From Candidatus Delongbacteria bacterium (GTDB lineage Bacteria > CAIWAD01), in contig OY760505.1 of NCBI GenBank assembly GCA_963663545.1, forward strand, positions 2,688,001 to 2,752,000: a stretch of DNA of 64,000 nt, given 5' to 3'. Within the stretch, counting starts at the first letter, position 1. Each line of letters starts with the position of its first letter. The position numbers were made by a program, and so were the translations under genes. The notes under the pieces were generated by a model. That model searched no databases. It worked only from the letters and a program-made list of their open reading frames with translations, and had not been told where the DNA came from. This document shows, piece by piece, positions 38,323 to 47,664 of the stretch.

Positions 38323-41300
38323 ATGTCGCAGCACAAATGCCGATTCCATCGAGCAATCCTATGGATACTTGGCTTGGCCAGCTTGGCCAGTCAAGGCTTT
38401 GCCGTCGATGTAGAAGTGGAATCTCCCACTTCCAGAAATGGTGACACGAGCATCGTCTTTCGTCTCACATTGGATGATTTGGAAGTATCCTACACTGAGC
38501 TAGGTGATACACTTTGCACAAGCATGAATGCCGATGGGGCCATGTTCGTCAAACCGGCTGGTGCGGATGCTTTCTTGTGCAAGGTTATCGAGATCGGCAT
38601 CCCTGAAGACGCAACCCCACGTCTGCGAGAATTGAACCGCAGGGTCGAGGAGTTGCAACTGCCTCCGCCTCCGCCTTCCGGCGAGGAGGGCACTTCTGCA
38701 GCCTTTTTGCCACCGGCACTGGGTGCGCATTTGCAGGAATGCGGGTGGCTTCGCGGTCAAAGAATCCAGAGCCTGCGCATAGATCTGGCGGTGTATCACA
38801 ACGGACATTGGCGGATCTTGCGAGAAGCCGAGTACGAGTTATCGCTGGGAACGCGTACTCAGGTGGGTGCAGCGAGTCTTATCGAACCGGAAAGCCCCGC
38901 TTTTAAACAGCTGCTGGAAACCCGTCTGCTGAATAGTCAGAGCGCGCGTAGTTGGCGTGTGGACCCGCGATTGAAAATGGCCGGACAGCAAGGCGCACTA
39001 CGCGATGTAACACCGCCGTGGATGGATGATGAGACCTTCTACCGAATCGGAGTCGTAGAGGATGGCATTTGCCGTGTTACATACAGCTGGCTCCAGCAAG
39101 CGGGCGTTCCTGTTGAAGAGATCGTACCCGGCTGGCTTCGCCTGTGGTGCGGCGACGAGGAAGTGCCCCTGTTGTTGCGGGGTGATGCTGATGGCCGTTT
39201 TGATCCGGGCGACTATTTTCTCTTCGTAGGTCATTACAAACGCGGAGAGTTCATCCCGACCGACTTCTATAGTCCTGAACAGGAGTACTTCCTTAGCTGG
39301 CAGCATGGCCCGGGCTTGCGCTATGTCGAGACACAAGCTACTCCGCAAGATGATGATGTGATACAAGTGGCGGGACTTTGTGAGACGCATTACGAGACGA
39401 ATATGATCTGGGATGAGCTCGCTGAAATTTCGGAGGGGCCCAATGAGGTGGATCACTGGTTCTGGAACGCTTTTGCCGCAGCCAGTGGACCCACTAGTGG
39501 CAGTGTGTCACTTACTGTGCCGTTCCCGTCGTTGGAGCGTCCCGCATCCGCCCGACCTGATGGTATTAACCTCTTTCTCCGCGGTAATTTCACGTCCGAT
39601 AAGGTGACAACCAGTACGTATCACCACCTAATCGCCTGGTTCAATGAGCTGTTTGTCGCCGATCTGAACGGCCTATGGCAAGCGGAATTGGCCTCTGACT
39701 GGGTTGATCTGCCACCCGAGGCCATCCTGAATGGCTCTAATACTCTGCGCTTTGATTTGCCCCTTGATCGTGGATTCACCAGCGATCTGTGCTATCTGGA
39801 TTGGGTAGAGCTTCGCTATTGGCGCCAACTTCAACTCAGCTCGTCGTATCCGCAATTGACCGTGCAGGCGGAAGAGCTGGAGGAGCAAACGTTGTCATTG
39901 GCCGGTGTCGCTGGCGATGTGCCGTTATTGCTAACAGAAAGCGGCCAGCGACTAATCGGGTGGGAAGTTGGCAATGAATCTGAACGTGGGCGCGTGATAC
40001 GCTTTCGTTTGCCCGCGGGTTCAGGAGAGCTCTACGCGTGTGAGTTAGACGGTGTGCTGGAGCCTGCCAGCATTCTTGTCAGCAGTAACGATCATTTGCG
40101 TGATACATCTAACCAAGTGGACATGATTATTCTCGCTCCGAAAATGTATCACGAGAGCTTGGAGGACCTGGCGGAGTATCACGGACAATCCATGTCGGTC
40201 AAGATCGTTGATGTTGAATCCGTCTATAACGAATTCAATTATGGCCGCATGCATATCGATGCCGTGAAAAAGTTCCTGGCATATGCTTTCGCCGAGTGGC
40301 AGGGGCCGCTTCCCAGCTATCTGCTGCTGGTGGGGAAAACCAGTACAGCTAACCAGCAGAATCTGGGCCGTAGAGTTGCTTACACGACACAGGTCCCCTC
40401 AGATTGGATTCACACAGAGCCTTATGGTGCGACCTCCTCCGACGAAACAATGACCTATATCGTCGGTGGAGAGAATGATGATTATCAGGACATCCTGGTT
40501 GGACGGATCTCAGTTAGCAGTGTTGGGCAGTTGAGTGACTTTCTTCTGAAGCACCGCGAGTACCGCGAACAGCAGTATGCGGGTGAATGGATGGAAACCC
40601 AGTTCTTCGTCGCTGATAACCATAGCGATTACACCTTTGAAATTGGCAACAACATCATCAGGAATCACGTGATCCCGGAGGAGTATCCGGTCAAAGTGCT
40701 TGAAGTACGTACGGGCTCAGATTACAAGGGCGGAACCCTGGATTTCCTTGATGCCGTGAATGACGGATGTGCCGTCCTCAACTACAACGGCCATGGTTCC
40801 ATTGGCGTGTTGAGTAGTAGTGCGTTGTTTCGGGCAACGGATCTGCGCTATCTGTCAAATCGCGGGAAATACCCGATCGGCTACGCCTGGTCGTGCCTCG
40901 TAGGTTATGTGGACAACCCGGACACATCAAGTCTTGCCGAGCTACTGGTGCGCAAGGCAAATGCGGGAACAATTGCCTACTATGGTGCGGCCGCCAAAGC
41001 GTACATCTTCTTGGACACCCCTTACCAGTCGAGCTACTTCACTACTCACTACAGTGAGGAGCCTTATACATTGGGTCAGATCGTGCAGCTAACAGAAGCT
41101 ACGATGAAGGGGATTCAATCAGGTGGTTTCAATATCACCCACATGTACAATCTACTGGGTGATCCAGCCTTGTACCCGGCTCATCCACGAAAGCACATTC
41201 ATGCAGATCCAGCGGTGATTGTAGCCGAGGATGGCGGTTCTGCTTCTGTTGTGCTGACCACGGAACCTCCCGGTTTAAGCGGTCAGCTTACAATCAAGTA

Positions 41301-43335
41301 TTACGAGGACGCCAAGGCGCCTGTCAATTTTGTATCACCGCTGTCCACTACGCAACTTAGTTTCAACGATGGGGATACCGTTCCCTTGACGATGCCCACT
41401 ATCGGAGAGAGCAAACGGTGCCTTGCGCGACTTGCGTTGCAAATGGACAATGACCGTGCGACAGGAGCTATTCCGCTGTTTCTCAATACAAATTTCGCTG
41501 GCGCAGGCACTCATTCACCAAGTGTTGTGACCGTGGGGCACCCGGTGGAGTTCGAATTCAACTCCTACGCGGAAGCGGATACGGTGTATCTTGTGTTGCA
41601 CTCCCGGAGCCTGCCTGGTACTCAAGTTGAGATTTACGGTGCGGATGTGGATTACTTGCTTGACGACGAGGATCATGTAACCTGTTCCGCGTCCATGATG
41701 ACTTCTGTCGGCGGCGGTTCCTACGTCAAGAGTTTCTCCGAGCTGCCTGAATCGGCTGGTAACGCCTATTCCATCCGTGTCTATATAGCGGCACTTGATG
41801 AGAGTAAATCGTTTAATCTTGGTGGCCTTCCATACGGTTTCAATGTGCATCACAACGGTGAAGTCCATTATGTACCCGGTGGAATGATCGAGGTGAATGG
41901 CCAGGAAGGCCTGGTTAGTACGGATAGCCTGTTTGCGGTTGAGGACAACGGAAATCAGCAAAGCCTTGAATGGCGTTGGGTTCTTGGCAGTCGTGCGCCG
42001 GTGGACCGTGTAGCACGGAAACTGCAAGCGGTCTTTGGCGAGGACGGTGAACCACAGATTGTGCTGGCAGATACAGTAGATGCCGAGCAGGGGGCTTGCG
42101 TTTTCCAGACGCTGGCAACGCTTGCTGCAGGTAGTGTGGAGCTGACCTTGGATCTTGGTCCGGCGTATTACGAGGGTGAACGGATCGAGCAACTCGTTCC
42201 GCTTTCGGTTGAGGATAACTTCCTTCTGATAACCGCAACCGAGGGCAGCGGCGGACCGCAATCTCCCACAGACGATGAACACTGGTCGCTTGAGCTTGAT
42301 GCTGGTGCTGTGTCACGAAGCATTCTTTTGGAGCCGCTACAGGATGATCGTGATCCGCTACAGCTGCGCGAGCAAAGCAGCGGACAGCCTGGACTAGGCC
42401 TGCTGGATCCTTCCTCGTCCGAGGGCCTGACAATGATTGACCTTAACCCGCGATATCCTGATCGACTTACTGGAGAGGCCGACTTTTTGAACGGTGTGAT
42501 ACAGTGTGAACTGCCGTTGGGAGGGCTCTATCAGTTTACGGATGGAGTGGCCGGTGATACACTGAAACACGCGCTGGCCAAGTGGATTGAGGATCGTGGT
42601 CTCTGGGTCGTGTTACAAAGTGAGACTTCTGCTGATAGCACGCAGGAGCAGCGTACAATCAGTGCAATGCCACGGCTTGATGCCGGTGCGATATGGCCGG
42701 TCGTCATTCGTGATACAAATGGTCCTTTGATTGAATATACTGTGGACGGACAGTGGTATTCAGACGGCGACGTGATTCCGCAATCACCAAGTCTGCGTAT
42801 TCTCGTGCAGGATGAGGATGGCGTGGACCTTGGAGAAGGAGGACACGGCCCGCGCGTGTATCTTGACGATGTGATACAGCCTGAGGAAACGATCCTTCAA
42901 GGCGAGGGCACTACGGCAATTGAGTTGGTCTGGAATCCCGGTGTGCTGGATCCCGATGGCACGCACGTCTTGCGTATTGAAACATGTGACGCACTGGGAA
43001 ACCCAAACACTATCGATATCGAATTCACAGTGGCGGGGGATATGGGGCTGAGCTTTTTTGCCAACCATCCCAACCCCTTTGCTGACCAGACTGTTTTCGC
43101 TTGGGAGTTAACCGGCGTGCCACGATCGATTGAGATGTCCATTTATACCGGATCTGGTCGTTGCATTCGCACTATCAGTGTGGCCATTCCGCGTACCGGC
43201 TACGACGAGTATATCTGGGATGGCTGTGACGATAAGGGGCGCCAAGTGGCAAACGGTGTGTACTTCCTCCGTTTCTGTGCTAGTGGCAACTCGGGCAATG
43301 TAGAGGAAGTCTTCAAGCTGGCGAGGCTGCAATGA
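38323..43335 (+). CDS. Peptidase C25 (gingipain family), PorU-like sortase candidate, with C-terminal FlgD-Ig/T9SS-type sorting domain
   Basis: Signal peptide; VYNEFNYG, YLLLVG, VGRIS, catalytic NYNGHGS and WSC..G, YNLLGDPA; CTD NHPNPF...IY..SGR.IRT...WDG.D..G..VANGVYF...KL. Confidence 0.85.
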   Translation: MSQHKCRFHRAILWILGLASLASQGFAVDVEVESPTSRNGDTSIVFRLTLDDLEVSYTELGDTLCTSMNADGAMFVKPAGADAFLCKVIEIGIPEDATPRLRELNRRVEELQLPPPPPSGEEGTSAAFLPPALGAHLQECGWLRGQRIQSLRIDLAVYHNGHWRILREAEYELSLGTRTQVGAASLIEPESPAFKQLLETRLLNSQSARSWRVDPRLKMAGQQGALRDVTPPWMDDETFYRIGVVEDGICRVTYSWLQQAGVPVEEIVPGWLRLWCGDEEVPLLLRGDADGRFDPGDYFLFVGHYKRGEFIPTDFYSPEQEYFLSWQHGPGLRYVETQATPQDDDVIQVAGLCETHYETNMIWDELAEISEGPNEVDHWFWNAFAAASGPTSGSVSLTVPFPSLERPASARPDGINLFLRGNFTSDKVTTSTYHHLIAWFNELFVADLNGLWQAELASDWVDLPPEAILNGSNTLRFDLPLDRGFTSDLCYLDWVELRYWRQLQLSSSYPQLTVQAEELEEQTLSLAGVAGDVPLLLTESGQRLIGWEVGNESERGRVIRFRLPAGSGELYACELDGVLEPASILVSSNDHLRDTSNQVDMIILAPKMYHESLEDLAEYHGQSMSVKIVDVESVYNEFNYGRMHIDAVKKFLAYAFAEWQGPLPSYLLLVGKTSTANQQNLGRRVAYTTQVPSDWIHTEPYGATSSDETMTYIVGGENDDYQDILVGRISVSSVGQLSDFLLKHREYREQQYAGEWMETQFFVADNHSDYTFEIGNNIIRNHVIPEEYPVKVLEVRTGSDYKGGTLDFLDAVNDGCAVLNYNGHGSIGVLSSSALFRATDLRYLSNRGKYPIGYAWSCLVGYVDNPDTSSLAELLVRKANAGTIAYYGAAAKAYIFLDTPYQSSYFTTHYSEEPYTLGQIVQLTEATMKGIQSGGFNITHMYNLLGDPALYPAHPRKHIHADPAVIVAEDGGSASVVLTTEPPGLSGQLTIKYYEDAKAPVNFVSPLSTTQLSFNDGDTVPLTMPTIGESKRCLARLALQMDNDRATGAIPLFLNTNFAGAGTHSPSVVTVGHPVEFEFNSYAEADTVYLVLHSRSLPGTQVEIYGADVDYLLDDEDHVTCSASMMTSVGGGSYVKSFSELPESAGNAYSIRVYIAALDESKSFNLGGLPYGFNVHHNGEVHYVPGGMIEVNGQEGLVSTDSLFAVEDNGNQQSLEWRWVLGSRAPVDRVARKLQAVFGEDGEPQIVLADTVDAEQGACVFQTLATLAAGSVELTLDLGPAYYEGERIEQLVPLSVEDNFLLITATEGSGGPQSPTDDEHWSLELDAGAVSRSILLEPLQDDRDPLQLREQSSGQPGLGLLDPSSSEGLTMIDLNPRYPDRLTGEADFLNGVIQCELPLGGLYQFTDGVAGDTLKHALAKWIEDRGLWVVLQSETSADSTQEQRTISAMPRLDAGAIWPVVIRDTNGPLIEYTVDGQWYSDGDVIPQSPSLRILVQDEDGVDLGEGGHGPRVYLDDVIQPEETILQGEGTTAIELVWNPGVLDPDGTHVLRIETCDALGNPNTIDIEFTVAGDMGLSFFANHPNPFADQTVFAWELTGVPRSIEMSIYTGSGRCIRTISVAIPRTGYDEYIWDGCDDKGRQVANGVYFLRFCASGNSGNVEEVFKLARLQ

Positions 43336-44342
43336 GATACAACTTGTGCCTTGCACTGCTGCTCCTTGCAGCGCTGTCTACCGCAGAAGCAGGTGAGTAT
43401 GCTGCGGATTTCATCCACTTGGGGACGGGCGCCGAGGGTGCCGCCATGGGAGGAGCCTTCAGCACCAGCAAGGCTTCTGCAACCAGCTTCTACTGGAATC
43501 CCGCCCTGGTCCTCGATGAGCAGTCCATCAAGCTTTATGGTGAGACAGTAAATCTCTTCGATGGCCTGGCCGCGTATCACACGGGCGCTCTTCAAGTGCG
43601 TCTGCGTGAGCACTGGGCGCTATCGGCGGGTGCGCAGATTCAGATGATCGATGAGATCCCGCGCTATGGCGAGTTGGGTAGTGATCGTGACTTGAACAAT
43701 CCAGAGGATCGCAGCACGGGAGAGGCCGAGGGCTACTTCGATAGCCAGGCCCTGGCCGCTACCGTTGGCTTGTCTCGGGAGTTCTGGTTTGACGTGATGC
43801 TGGGGCAGGGCATTCGCAGGAACCGGTTGCCAGCTCGTCTGGCGGTGGGAACTGCGTGGCGTATGGTCAACCAGGATCTCGACGATGCTTCAGCTTCCGG
43901 CTCGGGGATGGACCTTGGTGTCAAGCTGATGATCCGGCTACCTCGGGCAAAGAATCCCGGGTACCAGCGCGAAATTGTTTTTGCCGTGTGCCGGCAGAAC
44001 CTTATCAGCCAGGATCTTGAATGGGACACGGCGTCTGCCCACAGCGATCCACTCCCTGGAAACTCGCGAGTGGGCCTCTCCTACAAGGATGCCTTTCCAA
44101 CCCTTTATCTCGATTGGCGGGCGGCTCTGGAGTTCGCCAGCGCCTACGAGGGGACCTGGCACCTTGGTGGAGAAGTGGGCTACCACAACCTCATTTTCCT
44201 TCGTGCGGGCCTGCAGGGGCAGAAGCTTGACGAATCTACTTTCGGCGCAGGGCTGCGCTTTCGCCATTTGCTTGTCAACTATGCCTACGTTGGTCACGAT
44301 CTGGGCACTAGCCATCGAGTCGGTCTTGAACTAAGGCTTTGA
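43332..44342 (+). CDS. PorV/PorQ-like outer-membrane beta-barrel
   Basis: Signal peptide; F...G.GA..AAMGGAF, YWNPA, DLG, LRAG, YAY, LG.SHRVGL; ATGA overlap with the C25 gene. Confidence 0.8.
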   Translation: MRYNLCLALLLLAALSTAEAGEYAADFIHLGTGAEGAAMGGAFSTSKASATSFYWNPALVLDEQSIKLYGETVNLFDGLAAYHTGALQVRLREHWALSAGAQIQMIDEIPRYGELGSDRDLNNPEDRSTGEAEGYFDSQALAATVGLSREFWFDVMLGQGIRRNRLPARLAVGTAWRMVNQDLDDASASGSGMDLGVKLMIRLPRAKNPGYQREIVFAVCRQNLISQDLEWDTASAHSDPLPGNSRVGLSYKDAFPTLYLDWRAALEFASAYEGTWHLGGEVGYHNLIFLRAGLQGQKLDESTFGAGLRFRHLLVNYAYVGHDLGTSHRVGLELRL

Positions 44343-44805
44343 TTTGGTCTGTGATGAGTTCCGTCCGTCTTTTGGCCGGATTATTGCTCACAGATTACGT
44401 TTGTGTGAAGCACCGGGCGACCGGGGTCTTTGCCGAAAGCTGCTTGTCGTCCAGATTTGTGCAGGATAACAGGCGAAGCTTTTCTTCATTTTGATCGTGT
44501 CTTTGAAAAACAGATCGTTAGTTATCCAGTTTGGCAATGCGCCCCTCGGCTGAATACCACTCCTGCCAGGAAACACTTGCACGACTCCGATAGCACGGCT
44601 GTTAAACCGACAAAACCCGCTGTAAGGAAGCTCTGACAGGAAGGAGATCCTCTGGCGGGTGATGACGGTGAATTTGCGGAGTTGCAGTAGCGGCTGCGCG
44701 GACCTAACTTGAAAAGTTCGACATCAATGAACTTCCCTTGCCACCGAATGTTCCCTGTAGAGCAGCGGACAAGGAAGAGCTAACCAGCAAAAGGAAGAAG
44801 GAACC

Positions 44806-45216
44806 ATGCGATTCAACAAGGATGAGCGCGGATTTACTCTGGTCGAAGTGCTGATCGTGGTGATCCTGGTGGCCATTCTGGCAGCCATCGCCGTGCCCAA
44901 GTACATGCAGGCCGTGAAGGGTGCCCGTGCGTCGGACGCCAAGGTTCAGATCAACGCCATTCTTAACGCTGCCAAGATTTATGAGCAGGAGACTGGCACT
45001 TGGCCGAGCGATCTGACCGTGCTGGAAGAGGATGGCTATGTGGAGCTTGATGATGCGACCAAGCGTGCCTGGACATTCCAGCTCGTTGGTGACCAGCAGA
45101 TTCAGGCTACCTCCACTGCGGAGATGAAGGGTGGCGCCGGCAACGTCGTGACCTTCAATCTGCAGGAAGGTCGTTGGGAAGGCTATGGCTTCCCGAAGAC
45201 CGAAGGCGACAACTAA
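44806..45216 (+). CDS. pilA: Type IV major pilin
   Basis: Class III signal G|FTLVEVLIVVILVAILAAIAVP; purine-rich RBS; followed by a strong hairpin. Confidence 0.85.
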   Translation: MRFNKDERGFTLVEVLIVVILVAILAAIAVPKYMQAVKGARASDAKVQINAILNAAKIYEQETGTWPSDLTVLEEDGYVELDDATKRAWTFQLVGDQQIQATSTAEMKGGAGNVVTFNLQEGRWEGYGFPKTEGDN

Positions 45217-45225
45217 GATGTTCGC

Positions 45226-45251
45226 GGCCCCGGTCAATGCTGGCCGGGGCC
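45226..45251 (+). terminator. GC-rich hairpin after the pilin gene (terminator or mRNA stabiliser, no T tract)
   Basis: GGCCCCGGTCA-ATGC-TGGCCGGGGCC. Confidence 0.55.
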
Positions 45252-45375
45252 ATCGACACCTGTCGTTCGGTCTGCGTCGACTTATTCATTGTATCCCCAT
45301 TGTGCCCGGTTTACGGCTAGGTTGCCCTGAGCCCGACCCCGCTGTTGCTGTGGCCGCTTCGAAAGGACTTCAGAC

Positions 45376-46443
45376 GTGGACGTCGATCAACTACTGAAAT
45401 TCTCTGTAGATAACGGTGCTTCCGACCTTCATCTTTCCGTTGGCACGGTTCCGATGATTCGCCTGCATGGTGCCTTGAAGAAATTGAACATGGGCGTCAT
45501 GACGCAGGAAATGATCGACCAGTATGCCAACAAGGTGATGAACGATCGACAGAAGCAGATTTTTGCTGATAAGTTTGAAGTCGACTTCTCCTACAAGCTG
45601 GAAGGCGTGGCTCGTTTCCGCGTCAACTTCTTTCAGCAGGCTCTGGGCGGAGCTGCCGTGTTCCGCACAATTCCTGAAGAAATCAAATCCTTTGAGTCGC
45701 TCGGCTTGCCGGCCAAGGTGCTGAGCGAGCTGGCGCTGAAGGATCGTGGTCTGGTGCTGTTGACCGGTCCTACCGGTTCCGGTAAGTCAACGACGCTGGC
45801 AACTATGGTGGATATCGTCAACGACACGTACGAGAAGCATATCATCACCATTGAGGACCCCATCGAGTTCTTCCACAAGTCGCGCAATTGCATGATCAAT
45901 CAGCGTGAGATTGGTGCGAATACGCACTCTTTCGCCTCAGCGCTGCGTGTTGCCTTGCGTGAAGATCCCGACGTGATCCTTGTTGGTGAAATGCGCGACC
46001 TGGAAACCGTGCAGTTAGCGCTCACGGCTTCGGAAACAGGTCACCTTGTTCTTGCCACACTCCACACTCCGAGTGCTACCAAGACCATCGATCGCATCAT
46101 CGACATCTTCCCCGCAGCGCAGAAGCAGCAGGTGCGTTCCATGCTGGCTGAGTCCCTTGAGGCCGTTGTTGCTCAGCGACTGCTGCCCACCAAGGACACC
46201 AAAGGCCGCGTGGTTGCCACCGAGGTGCTGATTGCCACTACCGCTGTGCGCAACCTCATTCGTGAGGACAAGATTTTCCAGATCCCGAACGTGATCCAGG
46301 CAGGCGGCAAGTCAGGCATGCACTCGCTGGACAGCGACTTGTTGCGCCTGGTTCGCGAAGGCCGTGTATCACGCGAAGAAGCCATGCAGATCGCCGACAA
46401 CCCAAAGTCTTTCGACATGGAGTTGGGCGACAGCTATGTCTGA
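45376..46443 (+). CDS. pilT: Type IV pilus retraction ATPase
   Basis: ASDLHL, GPTGSGKSTT, TIEDPIE, LREDPDVILVGEMRD, TGHLV.ATLHT, AVRNLIRE (AIRNLIRE box); GTG start. Confidence 0.93.
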   Translation: MDVDQLLKFSVDNGASDLHLSVGTVPMIRLHGALKKLNMGVMTQEMIDQYANKVMNDRQKQIFADKFEVDFSYKLEGVARFRVNFFQQALGGAAVFRTIPEEIKSFESLGLPAKVLSELALKDRGLVLLTGPTGSGKSTTLATMVDIVNDTYEKHIITIEDPIEFFHKSRNCMINQREIGANTHSFASALRVALREDPDVILVGEMRDLETVQLALTASETGHLVLATLHTPSATKTIDRIIDIFPAAQKQQVRSMLAESLEAVVAQRLLPTKDTKGRVVATEVLIATTAVRNLIREDKIFQIPNVIQAGGKSGMHSLDSDLLRLVREGRVSREEAMQIADNPKSFDMELGDSYV

Positions 46444-46491
46444 TTCTCATCCGGGGTACCGCTGCCGCAAAAGGTTTGACGGGAGGCATTC

Positions 46492-46956
46492 ATGAAAGCA
46501 TTTTCCTCGTCCCTCCTGACACGCTTGTTCCCTGTGCTGCGTGACGAGAGAGGTGCGGCCTTTGTCGCTCAACTTCTCATCAGCTCCTTGATTAGTGTCA
46601 TTGCCGCTACAGGACTTGTACGCGCTGTTTGGGAGGCGCATGAGTCTTCCATGCGCGAGTACCGGCGGCTGCGAGTGCTTGAGGAGCTGCAGGCGGAAAT
46701 GGAATACTGGAAGGCGCAGATTTTCGTCAAGGATGTGAATTATCCGCGGCCGACAGCGCGCAATACCGTGGTCATTGAGCGCGGAAAGCGAAGTCTGGCC
46801 AACGCGATCGTGGGGACTTACGAGCCTGCACCGTCAATTCGCCTTTACAATCAGGTTGGCCTTAACGCCTACGAGATTACCGTTTCGCTTAGTTGGTTCG
46901 AAGGGGGCGTGGAGCATCAGGAGACTCTGCGTACAGCAATCAATCCTGTGCGATAG
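46492..46956 (+). CDS. Minor pilin-like protein (PilV-like position), atypical N-terminus
   Basis: DERG|AAFVAQLLISSLISVIAATGL; ITVSLSW motif; position in the locus. Confidence 0.6.
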   Translation: MKAFSSSLLTRLFPVLRDERGAAFVAQLLISSLISVIAATGLVRAVWEAHESSMREYRRLRVLEELQAEMEYWKAQIFVKDVNYPRPTARNTVVIERGKRSLANAIVGTYEPAPSIRLYNQVGLNAYEITVSLSWFEGGVEHQETLRTAINPVR

Positions 46957-46974
46957 CGGCGGAGGAATAGGCTC

Positions 46975-47649
46975 ATGAAGATGCGTACACATCATTCGAT
47001 CTGCGTATTCCCGGCAGGGCTGAAGGACTGCAGAGGCATGACCTTTGTGGAGTTGATGGCCAGTGTCACGATGATGAGTATCGTTTCCCTTGGTCTGATC
47101 ATCATCCTGCTGGCCATGTCCAAGCAGATGGTGCGTGACAAGTACATCAACGACATGAATGTGATTGCCCAAATGGTGCTCGACGAAGCCGTTGCCAGCA
47201 TGGGAAATGCCAACAGCGTTGCGGCTGGCTCAAATGCGGGCTTTACGGTCACGGAGAAGCTGGAGTTCAACATCGCCGGCGGACAGAATCTGGGACGAAG
47301 CGAGGTTACGCGTTTCCGCAAAAACAGCGACTACCGTTTCGATATTCGCAACAACTTTGGCAGTCTGGCCTTTTGCGATCGTTGGCCGCCCAAGGAGCTG
47401 GATCCCGATGTGTCTCATGAGACTCTGGATCGAACCATCAAGATTTCGAGCTTCCGCGTTCACGATTACAGCCGCCGGCTGTTTGTCAGCGCTGATGTTG
47501 TGCAGAACCTGCAGGAAATAAAGTTGACCATGGAATACGCTGAGAGCAGCACCGGCTTCTCGCTGGAGCGCGACTATTCCAGGGTCGTGTTCACGGCCAA
47601 TCCAATCACAGCTACCCGACGGTTGCAGAGTGCTAGTGACGGATCCTAG
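46975..47649 (+). CDS. Minor pilin (PilW-like)
   Basis: CRG|MTFVELMASV prepilin cleavage motif with E5. Confidence 0.72.
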   Translation: MKMRTHHSICVFPAGLKDCRGMTFVELMASVTMMSIVSLGLIIILLAMSKQMVRDKYINDMNVIAQMVLDEAVASMGNANSVAAGSNAGFTVTEKLEFNIAGGQNLGRSEVTRFRKNSDYRFDIRNNFGSLAFCDRWPPKELDPDVSHETLDRTIKISSFRVHDYSRRLFVSADVVQNLQEIKLTMEYAESSTGFSLERDYSRVVFTANPITATRRLQSASDGS

Positions 47650-47664
47650 CGGGAGGGTGAAGGA

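Noticed and set aside
44346..44440. Hammerhead-like words (TGATGAG ... CGAAA) after the PorV-like gene
   Set aside because: The core lacks CTGA, and the three required stems could not be formed by eye.
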